From Glaciecola sp. (GTDB taxonomy: Bacteria > Pseudomonadota > Gammaproteobacteria > Enterobacterales > Alteromonadaceae), in the NCBI GenBank assembly GCA_047637355.1, contig JBLIKA010000004.1:21770-85769 (forward strand): a stretch of 64,000 bases of DNA. Reading direction: 5' to 3'. The translations under genes were made by a program, and so were the position numbers. The notes under the pieces are model-generated. The model did no database searches and was not told where the DNA came from. It saw only the letters and a program-made list of their open reading frames with translations. The number at the start of each line of letters is the position of its first letter. The stretch's first letter is position 1. Positions 41,602 to 51,850 of the stretch are shown here, piece by piece.

Positions 41602-42942
41602 ATGTCTGAACCTTTACCTGATTTAATTGAAGAGGTGATTAGCCATTCTGAATTGAGTGACAGTGGAATCGGCGTAGCTGCAATTATCGCGCAGGCTGAT
41701 GAAGATGAGATGGCATTGCTACTCGAGTCTCTGCCTATAGAACAACGTTTAAGCTTATGGCAGACCCTCCCTGATCATAAAAAGCTCGATATACTTGTCG
41801 CTATGCGTGGCGATCCTCGTGAAGTACTTGTGCGCGCCACGGAACCTGAGCAGTGGGATAAGCTATTTGTCGGTATTGAAGCCGAAGACTTGCTTGAACT
41901 AGCAGATTCACTGCCTGAGGAGTTAGTTGAGCGTGCTTATGCGGCAATGGATAGAGTACAAAAACAATACTTTACCGAAGCAAACCAATATCCAGAGGAA
42001 CAAGTGGGTCACTGGGTCACTCACGACTATCTCGTGTTACCTTTAAATGCCAGAGTACGTGAAGGTATTCGTCTTATACGCCGAGAAATGCCGCGTCATA
42101 CAGATATGATTTTTCTAATTAATCGTTCTGGTCATTTCTCCGCAGCGGTCCCGATTGCTAAGCTCTATGCGTTGCCAGAACACGTGCCCCTTGTTGACGT
42201 CGCATTGGACGATTTTCCAGTAATCAATGCTGCTGATGAAGGACAAAAGGTAGCCAAGGATGTTGTATTTTCAACTTATGGGGCTTTGCCTGTTATCGAC
42301 GAAAACCGCAAATTAATTGGCAGAATTGACGTGACGACTGCATCGGAATTGAGCGAAGAATATTACGAGCGTCAGCTGATGGCGAGTGCAGGTATGGATG
42401 AAAACGAAGATTTATTTTCACCGGTTCGCCGAAGTGCCAAAGCTCGAGCAATCTGGTTGGGTATTAACTTATTGACTGCATTTTTGGCAAGTGCCTTCAT
42501 CGGCATGTTTGAAGCAACCCTGCAACAAGTTGTGGCATTGGCTGTTTTGATGCCGGTAGTAGCAAGTATGGGTGGAATTGCGGGTAGTCAAACACTGACT
42601 CTCATTATACGAGGCTTGGCATTGAAACAAGTAACTCCCGCTAACACAATGGTATTACTATCGAAAGAATTAAAAGTTGGTGGTCTAAACGGCTTTATAT
42701 GGGCTATTGTAATTGGGCTAGTGGCATTTGCGTGGTTTGGAGACCCTATGCTTGGTATTGTTATCGCTATCGCTATTTTTTTAAATATTGTTGCCGCGGC
42801 ATTTGCGGGTGTTTTTGTGCCCGTGATACTTGATAAATTAAAAATTGACCCTGCACTCTCCGGCTCAGTCATTTTGACAACTGTTACTGATATAGTCGGT
42901 TTTGTCGCGTTCCTAGGTTTAGGAACGATGCTGTTACTTTAG
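41602..42942 (+). CDS. mgtE: Magnesium transporter MgtE
   Basis: MgtE N-domain, a CBS pair and a C-terminal five-TM domain with GGIAGSQT and TDIVGF motifs. Confidence 0.92.
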   Translation: MSEPLPDLIEEVISHSELSDSGIGVAAIIAQADEDEMALLLESLPIEQRLSLWQTLPDHKKLDILVAMRGDPREVLVRATEPEQWDKLFVGIEAEDLLELADSLPEELVERAYAAMDRVQKQYFTEANQYPEEQVGHWVTHDYLVLPLNARVREGIRLIRREMPRHTDMIFLINRSGHFSAAVPIAKLYALPEHVPLVDVALDDFPVINAADEGQKVAKDVVFSTYGALPVIDENRKLIGRIDVTTASELSEEYYERQLMASAGMDENEDLFSPVRRSAKARAIWLGINLLTAFLASAFIGMFEATLQQVVALAVLMPVVASMGGIAGSQTLTLIIRGLALKQVTPANTMVLLSKELKVGGLNGFIWAIVIGLVAFAWFGDPMLGIVIAIAIFLNIVAAAFAGVFVPVILDKLKIDPALSGSVILTTVTDIVGFVAFLGLGTMLLL

Positions 42943-42954
42943 CCCTTTTTTTAC

Positions 42955-43506
42955 TCATAGCGCTTGATTGATTTGCGCGGCTAAATTGCCAACTTGCTCG
43001 CGCATTTGTTTTACAGCATTAGCGTATCCGTCACTATTTAAATCATCAACGAGTTGAAAACGAAAGAGCTTGGGATCGTCATTCTTTGACGACAATTCAT
43101 AAAAACCTGACAACAGTAATTTACCATCTGCGGCTGGATAAAAATGCTCAATTGTCACACTAATGCTATCGCAGTCACTACACCATGCTACAAAATCACT
43201 TTGCTCATTTAAATTATTTAGGTCATTTAGCAATGCGCGCTGAATGGCGTCATCTAAATTGTCAGCCCAACTATGATAACTTGCCTTAATAAGTATGTGC
43301 CCACTATCACGCATAACTAGCTGATTTGTGCTTAAATAAGCAGGAATATTAATTTTTTCTAGTTTAATTCTAGCACTCGTCACTTTCTGCTTTTGTGCTA
43401 GCGGTTTAGCATCCAACAGATAATATGTTGGGACTGGTGCCTGTGACGTTATGCCGCATGACATAAGCAAAAAACAAAATACGATTAACATAAACATTTT
43501 TTGCAT
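42955..43506 (-). CDS. pqiC: Membrane-integrity-associated transporter lipoprotein PqiC (DUF330 / ABC-type transport auxiliary component)
   Basis: ATG 43506 gives MQKMFMLIVFCFLLMSC (lipobox LMSC), followed by YYLL and a DUF330-like body. It begins directly after the pqiB stop. Confidence 0.8.
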   Translation of the reverse strand: MQKMFMLIVFCFLLMSCGITSQAPVPTYYLLDAKPLAQKQKVTSARIKLEKINIPAYLSTNQLVMRDSGHILIKASYHSWADNLDDAIQRALLNDLNNLNEQSDFVAWCSDCDSISVTIEHFYPAADGKLLLSGFYELSSKNDDPKLFRFQLVDDLNSDGYANAVKQMREQVGNLAAQINQAL

Positions 43507-43507
43507 A

Positions 43508-45220
43508 TTAGTTGCCTTCTTTTTTAGATGATTGTGGCTGTTTATCACTGCTTGCCGGCTCGCCAAAAACAAGTGAATTGGGCTGATTCGTTACTTCTTT
43601 TATGATAGGTTTTATTTCATCTAGCGTGACTTCGATTTTCTTTATCATTTGCTCAACCGAACGATAAACTTGAGAATCTGGTTGTAAGCCCTTTAATGTC
43701 GCCTGCAGTTCTTCTAAGCTCAACTCTATCGTACTCAGCGTCATACTCGCTTTTTCAATCACGCCACCCGTCGTTTTGACCGTATGATCGGCGCTATCTA
43801 TCAATCCATTTATATTCGCGAGGGTGGCATTTAAAGGTAACTTTTCCAGCTCGCCAAGAATGTTTTCTAGCTTTTTAGTTAAACTCGCAAACCCGCCTTG
43901 CGCTGCCGGTATTACTGGAAACTCACCAAACTGACCTACCATGCCTATGGGCTTACCACCGGGTTGCAAGCTTACTTTTAAGCTCCCCGTTATCAAATTC
44001 GCATTTTCGATTGACGCCGTTAGACCCTCTTTAATCCAGTCATTGACCATACCTTGAAAAATATCAGTTGATATATATCCATTCTTCATCAAGCGCTCTG
44101 GTTCAAGTTTGATTAAAACAGGAATACGATCTTCTTTACCAACGCCAGCTATATCAATAATTTCCCAGAATTCCATATAGGGTTCACTAACAGTGCCAAG
44201 TCTAATGCCACGGTATTCTACTGGCGCCCCCTTGTGCAGACCACCTACACTATCTTCAACCAAAATAACATATTCTATGAACTTGTAATCGCGCTGTTCA
44301 TCAATACTTTCTTGCGAGTCGAAAACTTGAAATTGATGATTTTGTGGTACACCCAGGCCAGACTCTGCACCATTGACAAGTCCAAATTCTACGCCGCCTG
44401 CCACTAGTGTATCCAAGGATGCCATCGTTAAACTGATTCCCTCAGTCGAGGTAGTGATAGAAAGCCCATTCACATTCCAGAATGAGGTGTTTTCAGTAAC
44501 TAAATTGTGAAAAGGAGCGTGAATAAAAATGTCATAGTGAGCTTCTTGCTCGAGATCGTCATAATATTTTGACTCAACAGCACCCACTTCAAATCCTTTG
44601 TGCAGAACAGGATTACCTACTTTTAATGGCTTGTTCCCGCGTGAAATTAGTTTTAAATGAATACCGTCTGCATTAAGTGATGTTACCGGAGGAGTTTCAA
44701 GCCCTGCAAATGCAAGCTGCTTAACGTTTGACTGACCAGGAGATACTTCAATATAGGCGCCCGATAGCAATGTACCAATTCCAGTAAAACCGGTGGCGCC
44801 AAATCGCGGTTTAACGACCCAGAACTCGCTGTCTTCGACTAAAAAAGAGTCCATCGACTTGTCCACTTCAATATCAACTAAAATAGTCTTTTTGTTTGCA
44901 CTAAAACTAATTTTTTTGACTAGCCCGATACCTACATTACGGTTTTTTAATATTGTTTTTTTCGCTTCTAAACCCTCTGCAGTCTCAAATTCAACTTGAA
45001 TATGAATACCGCTATTTCGCCAATCGTTATAGACCATCCCGATACCAATAAGAACTGCAATTATCGGCAAGATCCATATTATAGAAAAGTTCGATTTATT
45101 GCTGATAAGTGGTGGTGTCGCGGCATCGACTATGGCAGATTTAGAATTCTGGATGCTTTCGGAATGATCGCTTTTTATACCTTCAGATTGTCCATTTTCT
45201 TCATTATTGTTGTTAGTCAT
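43508..45220 (-). CDS. pqiB: Intermembrane transport protein PqiB (multi-MCE domain)
   Basis: N-terminal TM helix (WILPIIAVLIGIGM), three MCE-like repeats and a long C-terminal helical region. Its ATG overlaps the upstream stop (ATGA). Confidence 0.92.
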   Translation of the reverse strand: MTNNNNEENGQSEGIKSDHSESIQNSKSAIVDAATPPLISNKSNFSIIWILPIIAVLIGIGMVYNDWRNSGIHIQVEFETAEGLEAKKTILKNRNVGIGLVKKISFSANKKTILVDIEVDKSMDSFLVEDSEFWVVKPRFGATGFTGIGTLLSGAYIEVSPGQSNVKQLAFAGLETPPVTSLNADGIHLKLISRGNKPLKVGNPVLHKGFEVGAVESKYYDDLEQEAHYDIFIHAPFHNLVTENTSFWNVNGLSITTSTEGISLTMASLDTLVAGGVEFGLVNGAESGLGVPQNHQFQVFDSQESIDEQRDYKFIEYVILVEDSVGGLHKGAPVEYRGIRLGTVSEPYMEFWEIIDIAGVGKEDRIPVLIKLEPERLMKNGYISTDIFQGMVNDWIKEGLTASIENANLITGSLKVSLQPGGKPIGMVGQFGEFPVIPAAQGGFASLTKKLENILGELEKLPLNATLANINGLIDSADHTVKTTGGVIEKASMTLSTIELSLEELQATLKGLQPDSQVYRSVEQMIKKIEVTLDEIKPIIKEVTNQPNSLVFGEPASSDKQPQSSKKEGN

Positions 45221-45837
45221 TCTTCATCCACTTTATCCCAAAGGATCCTTGTATCAAACTGATGGGCGCTAATCATTGTCATTATAACTACCCCAGCAAA
45301 AGCGGTTGCCGCAAAACCAACTTTAATTGACATTATTTCGCCCAATTGTATCAACGCCACTAAAATAGCAACAACAAATACATCAACCATTGACCACTTA
45401 CCTATAAATTCAGTCACTCGATATAATTTAGTAAGTTCATATTGCTTTATTTTATCAGCCCTATTGGCAGAATAGCATAGCCAGGCTAATGCGAACATTT
45501 TAGCCATTGGCACGATAACACTCGCAATGAAGATGACGGCCGCGATAAAATAGGACTCATGTTCTAAGAACAAAATAATCCCGCCAATGATCGTGCTTTC
45601 AGTGGTATTACCTAGTAGTTCAGTGCTCATAATAGGGTAAATATTTGCAGGTATGTAAAGTAAAATGGCAGTGACTAAAAGGCTCAGTGATATTTGAACG
45701 CTATTTTTAATCCTAGATGACAGTGCCGTATTGCAACGCTTACAGCGCGTTGAAGTTATAGGTGCTAATTTGTGACAGACCAAACAATTGACTAAGCCAC
45801 TGTTTGCAGTTGTTATTGGTTTAGCAGACTCAAGCAT
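45217..45837 (-). CDS. pqiA: PqiA-family membrane protein, equivalent to the C-terminal half of E. coli PqiA
   Basis: CxxC...CxxC zinc-ribbon-like N-terminus (CLVCHKL...CKRCNT), then LYIPANIYPIM, VIFIASVIVP and WSMVDVF, as in residues 210-417 of E. coli PqiA. Confidence 0.85.
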   Translation of the reverse strand: MLESAKPITTANSGLVNCLVCHKLAPITSTRCKRCNTALSSRIKNSVQISLSLLVTAILLYIPANIYPIMSTELLGNTTESTIIGGIILFLEHESYFIAAVIFIASVIVPMAKMFALAWLCYSANRADKIKQYELTKLYRVTEFIGKWSMVDVFVVAILVALIQLGEIMSIKVGFAATAFAGVVIMTMISAHQFDTRILWDKVDEE

Positions 45838-46471
45838 GCGAAGGCCCCCTAGTCTTTTCAATCCAACACCATAACCGATGATTGTCGATCATTGACACAA
45901 TATGCGTGAACAGCGGTGCAAAAATAACATATGCCCAAAAAGATGACTCAAGTGAAATGTCGGCCATAGATGTCACTTTTATTAAAGCAACTAAAACGCC
46001 GATTAAAAAAACTTCGGCCATCGACCATGGTAAAATATAACTCATCAATTTACCTAACCATACCGCAGGTAATAGTTCAAAACCTCGATAGGTCGATAAA
46101 ATAATAAGGCAGACAGCAAGTAAATAGAGTGTAGGCAGAAGTAAAATAAAGCAAAAAACAAGAACCGCAACAAAGTAGTATTCTTGCAAATATAGCTCTG
46201 TAAAAGTCTGTAATAAATTGATGGTCCGTATTTGTTCATTTGATGAAAAAGAAATAAATGAAAATGTACACGCAATAAACATTAAAATTAAAGCAGTCAG
46301 ACTCATAGCCAGAACATATTGCTTAGCGTTATTGTGTCCGACGGCAATGCGGTGATTACATCTCGGACACAACAAATTAGTGCGATGAGAAATAGCATCA
46401 GGCATCTTAATTAGAAGATCACACTCTAAACATGCATGCAACTGAGGTTGAACTTTATTCATTTGCGACAA
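45830..46471 (-). CDS. pqiA: PqiA-family membrane protein, equivalent to the N-terminal half of E. coli PqiA
   Basis: CLECDLL...CPRCNH, then four TM segments and WSMAEVFLIGVLV. It ends 8 nt inside the next ORF. Confidence 0.85.
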   Translation of the reverse strand: MSQMNKVQPQLHACLECDLLIKMPDAISHRTNLLCPRCNHRIAVGHNNAKQYVLAMSLTALILMFIACTFSFISFSSNEQIRTINLLQTFTELYLQEYYFVAVLVFCFILLLPTLYLLAVCLIILSTYRGFELLPAVWLGKLMSYILPWSMAEVFLIGVLVALIKVTSMADISLESSFWAYVIFAPLFTHIVSMIDNHRLWCWIEKTRGPSHA

Positions 46472-46688
46472 GTTAGCCTAAGTATCCTATATGCACAAGT
46501 ATAAAGCATGCACAGAACAAGTACAGTTGTGAAGTAATTGCAAATGACTTCCCTCCTAAATTAGACAACCCGCAAGAAGATGGCCGATGAAAGATGGTCA
46601 GTAGAGAACATTAGTATCGGATTTACATGCCAAGTTGTTATAGAATGAAGGTAAGCGCGTATCTTAGGCATTATTTAGTGATTGCAGA

Positions 46689-47690
46689 ATGAAATCAGTC
46701 CAAACCGAATCGATTAAAAATAGCCATCTAGCTAAAAGCACATCAACCGCAATGGACGAAAAAACTAATGCGAAGCCTGAAATGCACCATAGAAACCCAC
46801 ATAATCTTGGCTATGATTTTGTTAAATTAGCTGAGTTACATCCCCCCATAGAAGACTGTTTAGCACCTAACCCAATGGGTAAACTAACCATTGATTTTTC
46901 CCAACCTTCAGCAGTGAAGGCACTTAATGCAGGATTACTCAAGCAATTCTATCAAGTTCAACATTGGGACATTCCTGACGGTTTTTTATGTCCAGCGGTG
47001 CCCGGGCGCGCTGATTATATTCACTACCTAGCCGATTTACTCGGACACGATAATGACGGTAATATTCCTCAAGGAAAAAAAATCAGAGGGTTGGATATTG
47101 GTACAGGAGCTAATCTAATATATCCAATAGTAGCTAGCCAAAGCTATGGTTGGAGTATGATAGGAAGCGATATTAATGAAGCTTCATATGCTAGTGCTAG
47201 TCTTATTGTTGAATCTAATGCTAACTTACGAAAGCTCGTTAAGGTGCGCCTTCAAAGACAACAAAAGGCTATATTTTCTGGCATTGTAAAGGAAAATGAG
47301 TCATTTGATTTTAGTCTATGTAACCCACCATTTCATATTTCTGCGGACGCTGCTTTGGCGGGAAGCCGCAAAAAAAATAAAAATTTAGCGAGGCATAGTC
47401 ACAAACGTAGAGGTAAAGATTCAACAGCCAAAAATCAGTCTTCCCTCAATTTTGGTGGGCAATATAATGAATTATGGTGCGAAGGTGGTGAATTTGAATT
47501 TGTTAAAAATATGATAAATGAAAGTGTTGAGTTTAAAAATCAAGTGAAGTGGTTTACTTCATTGCTTTCGAAAAAAGAAAATGTTGTTCCTCTGCTTAAG
47601 TTAGCAGAAAAGCTTGGCGCAACACAATGTAAACAGATTAATATGGCGCAAGGCGCAAAAGCAACTCGCTTTATTGCATGGCGTTTTTAA
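46689..47690 (+). CDS. rlmF: 23S rRNA (adenine1618-N6)-methyltransferase
   Basis: HPRNPH-like HHRNPHN, WDIPDGFLCPAVPGRADYIHYLADLL, DIGTGANLIYP and the CNPPFH catalytic motif. Collinear with E. coli RlmF. The exact start is uncertain. Confidence 0.92.
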   Translation: MKSVQTESIKNSHLAKSTSTAMDEKTNAKPEMHHRNPHNLGYDFVKLAELHPPIEDCLAPNPMGKLTIDFSQPSAVKALNAGLLKQFYQVQHWDIPDGFLCPAVPGRADYIHYLADLLGHDNDGNIPQGKKIRGLDIGTGANLIYPIVASQSYGWSMIGSDINEASYASASLIVESNANLRKLVKVRLQRQQKAIFSGIVKENESFDFSLCNPPFHISADAALAGSRKKNKNLARHSHKRRGKDSTAKNQSSLNFGGQYNELWCEGGEFEFVKNMINESVEFKNQVKWFTSLLSKKENVVPLLKLAEKLGATQCKQINMAQGAKATRFIAWRF

Positions 47691-47756
47691 CCCGCGAGCA
47701 ATTTGCTAAAAAACTATTAACCTAAAAGCAGTAAAAATAATAATAAGGGACTCTTT

Positions 47757-49073
47757 ATGGCTTCTTCTGACAATCCTAAACAGCATTCTTTTAACCTCGA
47801 ATCTCCTGTTAATAATGAAACAGAGGTAAAAAAGGAACATGAGTCACAAATTGAGATTACCGATGTAAAGACTGCTATTCCCGAAAGAAATAGCGACCAA
47901 TTAGAGGCAGTGGTACCTATTCAAGACGTTGTGATACCCGCTCAATCCTCGTCATCTGGTGATGAAGAATCAAATGCACCATCTAGCGAAAAGGCAGCAA
48001 AGCAAAGCCTCCGCCAAACACATGAAATTATCGCGCCTTACACTGAAGCGTCGAAGGCACCTCATACCCCAGAAAAAAACACACGAAGCGACAAAGAAAC
48101 GCGTGAAATTGTCACACCTTACGCTTTCACTGTTTCTGCTGAACTGTTGGGTCAACCTTTAGCAACGCCTGCTCGACGGGGTATTGCGATGCTAATCGAT
48201 GTATTCCTTATTGCGGTGCTAAGTGCGCTCAGCGCCTTACTATTTGCAGGCTTTGTCGCAATGACCTTCTTTAAGGCTGGAGATCGTTTAAAACAACAAA
48301 AGAACTTTAATATTATGCGACTGGCACTGCGCGGAAGTGCGGCATCTTTACTATTTATTATCGTATTTGCAATTGTCTCAGACATCGGCGAACCCGATAA
48401 GTTAATGTTAACCGAGGTTTCACAAAAAATAGAAAATGAAGAAAACATGAAAAGCCTCCTTGATCTTGCAGCTGCACTTATAGATATAAGCTGCAAAGAT
48501 GATAGTGAATGCTTAATTAAGTATGCTGAGGGCGTAGCGATCGGTGCTGCCGCAATGGAAGTTCCAGTAGAGGATATTAATGCAACAACAAGCGACATTG
48601 TGTCCCAAAAAGAATGGGAAGATGAAAAAAAGTCGTTGTTTATGGACAAATTTGTCAACACATTAAACGAAGAACGCAATGCTTACACCGACGATATACT
48701 AAAAATCACTCAAGCAACCGATACCTCTAAACAAAGCAACGCCGCTTATAGCCTACTTAAATGGGTAAAAGGGATAATGTCTGACCTAGGATTAGGTTTA
48801 GGCTGGGCGGCGCTTTACTTCAGCGTATTTACTGCCTGGTGGCGTGGACAAACCATTGGTAAGAAAATCGTAGGAATTGAAGTTGTTAAATTAGACGGAA
48901 ATTACCCTTCCTTATGGGAGAGCTTCGGTCGCTATGGTGGCTATGGAGCTGGTTTTGCGACCGGACTATTAGGTTTTTTACAAATATATTGGGACCCTAA
49001 TAGACAAGCTATTCAAGATAAAATATCAGAAACGCTGGTGCTTCGTTTGAAATCGAATGTCAGTAAGCAGTAA
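47757..49073 (+). CDS. RDD-family membrane protein with an acidic disordered N-terminus and a large insertion inside the RDD domain
   Basis: The RDD signature is split: ARRGIAMLIDVFLI plus 2 TM segments at about aa 140-205, and WRGQTIGKKIVGIEVV...DPNRQAIQDKISETLV at aa 350-430. About 150 soluble residues lie between the two parts. Confidence 0.7.
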   Translation: MASSDNPKQHSFNLESPVNNETEVKKEHESQIEITDVKTAIPERNSDQLEAVVPIQDVVIPAQSSSSGDEESNAPSSEKAAKQSLRQTHEIIAPYTEASKAPHTPEKNTRSDKETREIVTPYAFTVSAELLGQPLATPARRGIAMLIDVFLIAVLSALSALLFAGFVAMTFFKAGDRLKQQKNFNIMRLALRGSAASLLFIIVFAIVSDIGEPDKLMLTEVSQKIENEENMKSLLDLAAALIDISCKDDSECLIKYAEGVAIGAAAMEVPVEDINATTSDIVSQKEWEDEKKSLFMDKFVNTLNEERNAYTDDILKITQATDTSKQSNAAYSLLKWVKGIMSDLGLGLGWAALYFSVFTAWWRGQTIGKKIVGIEVVKLDGNYPSLWESFGRYGGYGAGFATGLLGFLQIYWDPNRQAIQDKISETLVLRLKSNVSKQ

Positions 49074-49126
49074 GCTGCTTTAGTGGATATTAGTTTTCCT
49101 TACCAAAGACCAATAAAGGACATTAA

Positions 49127-49729
49127 ATGAGTGTTTCAGTTTTTCTCGCCGGCTTCTCTCTCGGGATATCGCTCATACTTGCTATTGGTGCGCAAAATGC
49201 ATTTGTGCTTAAACAAGGTTTGAAGCAGCAACATGTATTTGTAGTTTGCCTCATTTGCGCCTTGTCTGATGCTATTTTAATCTCTGCCGGTATCGCTGGT
49301 TTTGGCGTCATTGTGCAAAAATTTCCACTGATTGAACAAATTGCAAGATATGCTGGCGCGGCTTTCCTGTTTTTCTACGCTGCAGTCAGTTTTAAAACTT
49401 TTTTTACGACGGAACATGCAATGAAAGCAGAAGGAAAAGAAGTCGGTAGCGCGGTTACAGCGGTATTAACTTGTTTAGCATTTACCTGGCTAAATCCGCA
49501 TGTTTATTTAGATACATTCATATTACTCGGTTCTATTTCTACTCAATATGACGGCCAACAACTTGCTTTCGGTGTTGGAGCGGTGACTGGATCTTTTGTA
49601 TTTTTCTTTTCGCTTGGGTATGGCGCTAAATTGCTAATTCCGGTGTTTAAAAACCCCAAAGCATGGAAAGTTCTTGAATTTATAATTGGCTTTGTCATGT
49701 TAGCACTGGGTATTAGTTTACTGGTTTAA
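49127..49729 (+). CDS. argO: LysE/ArgO-family basic amino-acid exporter
   Basis: GFSLGISLILAIGAQNAFVLKQG N-terminus, six TM segments and 200 aa. Confidence 0.88.
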   Translation: MSVSVFLAGFSLGISLILAIGAQNAFVLKQGLKQQHVFVVCLICALSDAILISAGIAGFGVIVQKFPLIEQIARYAGAAFLFFYAAVSFKTFFTTEHAMKAEGKEVGSAVTAVLTCLAFTWLNPHVYLDTFILLGSISTQYDGQQLAFGVGAVTGSFVFFFSLGYGAKLLIPVFKNPKAWKVLEFIIGFVMLALGISLLV

Positions 49730-49794
49730 TTAGCAAGTTAATTTATGCTCAAATTAATCTAGCCAACGATAGCCACAGCGGATAAAATTATTAT

Positions 49795-50322
49795 ATGCAA
49801 CAAAGCAAAGATTGCCATGGTCTCGGAGACAAACACTCTGTCTTAAAGGTATATATTGGTAATCGCCCTAACTTTACGTTCGCCCTCGATTCAAACGGCA
49901 CTTGCCCTGTTATAGCTGATGAGATAAATGCTATAGGCAATGCCTGTGGAAATGGGTGGCGCAAAGTATTCAATGTATATGCAAAACTGATGTTTGAGCT
50001 ACCCCGAGAAACATTTCCTATGCAAAAGCTGCATAATAGTTGGCAGCAATATCGCGATAATGAATTATTCAGAAGCTTAAGCAATACAGCACTGATGTTC
50101 ACCTCGCCTATAACAGACGACATTAAGCCAACACACCTGTCTATTATTATGGGCCGAACTTATGCTAAATCATTGATATTGCCGACAAGCTTAGTATGGG
50201 AAACCGATGCGTTCGCTATCGATATCGAGCATAAATTGATTGTTTGTCCATATTTTGATTACAGACAACTATCAAATATGAAAATCAGCTACTTGGTCAA
50301 ACTTATTAATCGCTTAAAGTAA
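49795..50322 (+). CDS. Hypothetical soluble protein (175 aa), family not recognised
   Basis: Long ORF with ordinary amino-acid composition, convergent with glnG. No clear RBS at 49795, so the start is uncertain. Confidence 0.45.
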   Translation: MQQSKDCHGLGDKHSVLKVYIGNRPNFTFALDSNGTCPVIADEINAIGNACGNGWRKVFNVYAKLMFELPRETFPMQKLHNSWQQYRDNELFRSLSNTALMFTSPITDDIKPTHLSIIMGRTYAKSLILPTSLVWETDAFAIDIEHKLIVCPYFDYRQLSNMKISYLVKLINRLK

Positions 50323-50438
50323 GTTGCCGCGTTCTCGGAATCTATTAGATCCCGAGTTTCCAGACGGCGTTATCGATTAATAATTCCAAACGTCTAACAT
50401 TATTTAATGTTGGCTTATACGGACTTTGCTACGAAACT

Positions 50439-51848
50439 TTATAAATCTACGTCCAACTCTTTCAGTTTTCTGGTTAATGTATTGCGTCCCCAACCTAGCT
50501 TTTTGGCTGCATCTTGCTTATGTCCATGCGTATATTTTAAAGCTCGCTGCAATAGAATTTTTTCAAAAGTAAGCGTTGCATCACTTAAAATGTTGTCATA
50601 TCCAGCGCCTAACTGCGAGTCAGCCCAAACAGATAGCAACGTTGTCCAGTCATTGCTTTGTTGCTCTACCTTCAAGTCATCAGGAGAAGCAATCAGCTCT
50701 GGTGGTAAATCAGCGGGATGAATTTCTTTACCACTGGCCATAACGGTCAGCCAGCGGCAGGTGTTTTCAAGCTGGCGAACGTTGCCAGGCCACCCTAGTT
50801 GAGACAGAACTTTGGCAGCAGTTTTAGTTAATATTTTAACTTCAACATCCAATTCTTTCCCAGCTTTAGCTAAGAAATGGTTAGCCAATAAGGGGATATC
50901 TTCCCGACGCTCATTTAATGATGGAATATGAATACGAATGACGTTTAAACGGTGATATAGATCTTCTCGAAATTTACCTTCAGCAACACGTTTCTCAAGA
51001 TTTTGGTGTGTCGCTGCAATAATACGTACATCGACACTCACAGGATTATGCCCGCCGACTCTATAAAATTGTCCTTCTGCCAATACTCTTAACAAACGGG
51101 TTTGCACATCAATAGGCATATCACCTATTTCATCTAGGAATAATGTGCCTCCATCAGCTTGTTCAAAACGACCTTGACGTGCTGCTTGTGCTCCAGTAAA
51201 GGCTCCTTTTTCGTGACCGAATAATTCAGACTCCACTAAGTCGGCCGGAATAGCGGCCATATTTAACGCTACAAATGTATTTGCAGATCTTGGACTGTGT
51301 TTGTGTAACGCAAGAGCAACAAGCTCTTTACCTGTCCCTGACTGACCATTGATCAACACGCTAATTGATGATCGAGATAAACGCCCTACAGCACGAAAAA
51401 CTTCCTGCATTGCTGGCGCTTCACCAATAATCTCTGCCGTTGGATTAACCTGAGCAACTTGTTTTAGCTTACTTTGCTCCTTGGCATGCTCAATTGCACG
51501 TTTAGTTAACGTCACGGCCTCATCAATATCAAAAGGCTTTGGCAAATATTCGAAAGCACCGCCTTGGTAGGCATTAACTGCGCTATCTAAATCAGAATGT
51601 GCAGTCATTATTATAACTGGCATTTCGGGGTATCGTTGATGCACCTCTTTAAGTAATGTCATGCCATCCATTTGTGGCATTTTCACATCGGAGATAATGA
51701 TTTGTGGTGCTTCGCCAGATTGAAGTTGACGTAATAAATCTTCAGGGTTTTCAAAACTGACGCAGGCAATGTTGGCTGTTTGCAATGCTTTTTGCAAAAC
51801 CCAACGAATAGAGCTGTCGTCATCGACAATCCATACTGGTTCATTCAT
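50439..51848 (-). CDS. glnG: Nitrogen regulation response regulator NtrC (sigma-54 activator)
   Basis: Receiver domain ([10 protein letters not shown]...D54-type SDVKMP), AAA+ domain with GESGTGKE-like GQSGTGKE and GAFTGA, and a C-terminal HTH. Confidence 0.96.
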   Translation of the reverse strand: MNEPVWIVDDDSSIRWVLQKALQTANIACVSFENPEDLLRQLQSGEAPQIIISDVKMPQMDGMTLLKEVHQRYPEMPVIIMTAHSDLDSAVNAYQGGAFEYLPKPFDIDEAVTLTKRAIEHAKEQSKLKQVAQVNPTAEIIGEAPAMQEVFRAVGRLSRSSISVLINGQSGTGKELVALALHKHSPRSANTFVALNMAAIPADLVESELFGHEKGAFTGAQAARQGRFEQADGGTLFLDEIGDMPIDVQTRLLRVLAEGQFYRVGGHNPVSVDVRIIAATHQNLEKRVAEGKFREDLYHRLNVIRIHIPSLNERREDIPLLANHFLAKAGKELDVEVKILTKTAAKVLSQLGWPGNVRQLENTCRWLTVMASGKEIHPADLPPELIASPDDLKVEQQSNDWTTLLSVWADSQLGAGYDNILSDATLTFEKILLQRALKYTHGHKQDAAKKLGWGRNTLTRKLKELDVDL

Positions 51849-51850
51849 AA

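Noticed and set aside
48152-48679. 175-aa minus-strand ORF inside the RDD-family gene
   Set aside because: It is antisense to the RDD gene and its Ser/Ala/Ile-rich sequence mirrors the coding strand. The sense ORF carries recognisable RDD motifs on both sides.
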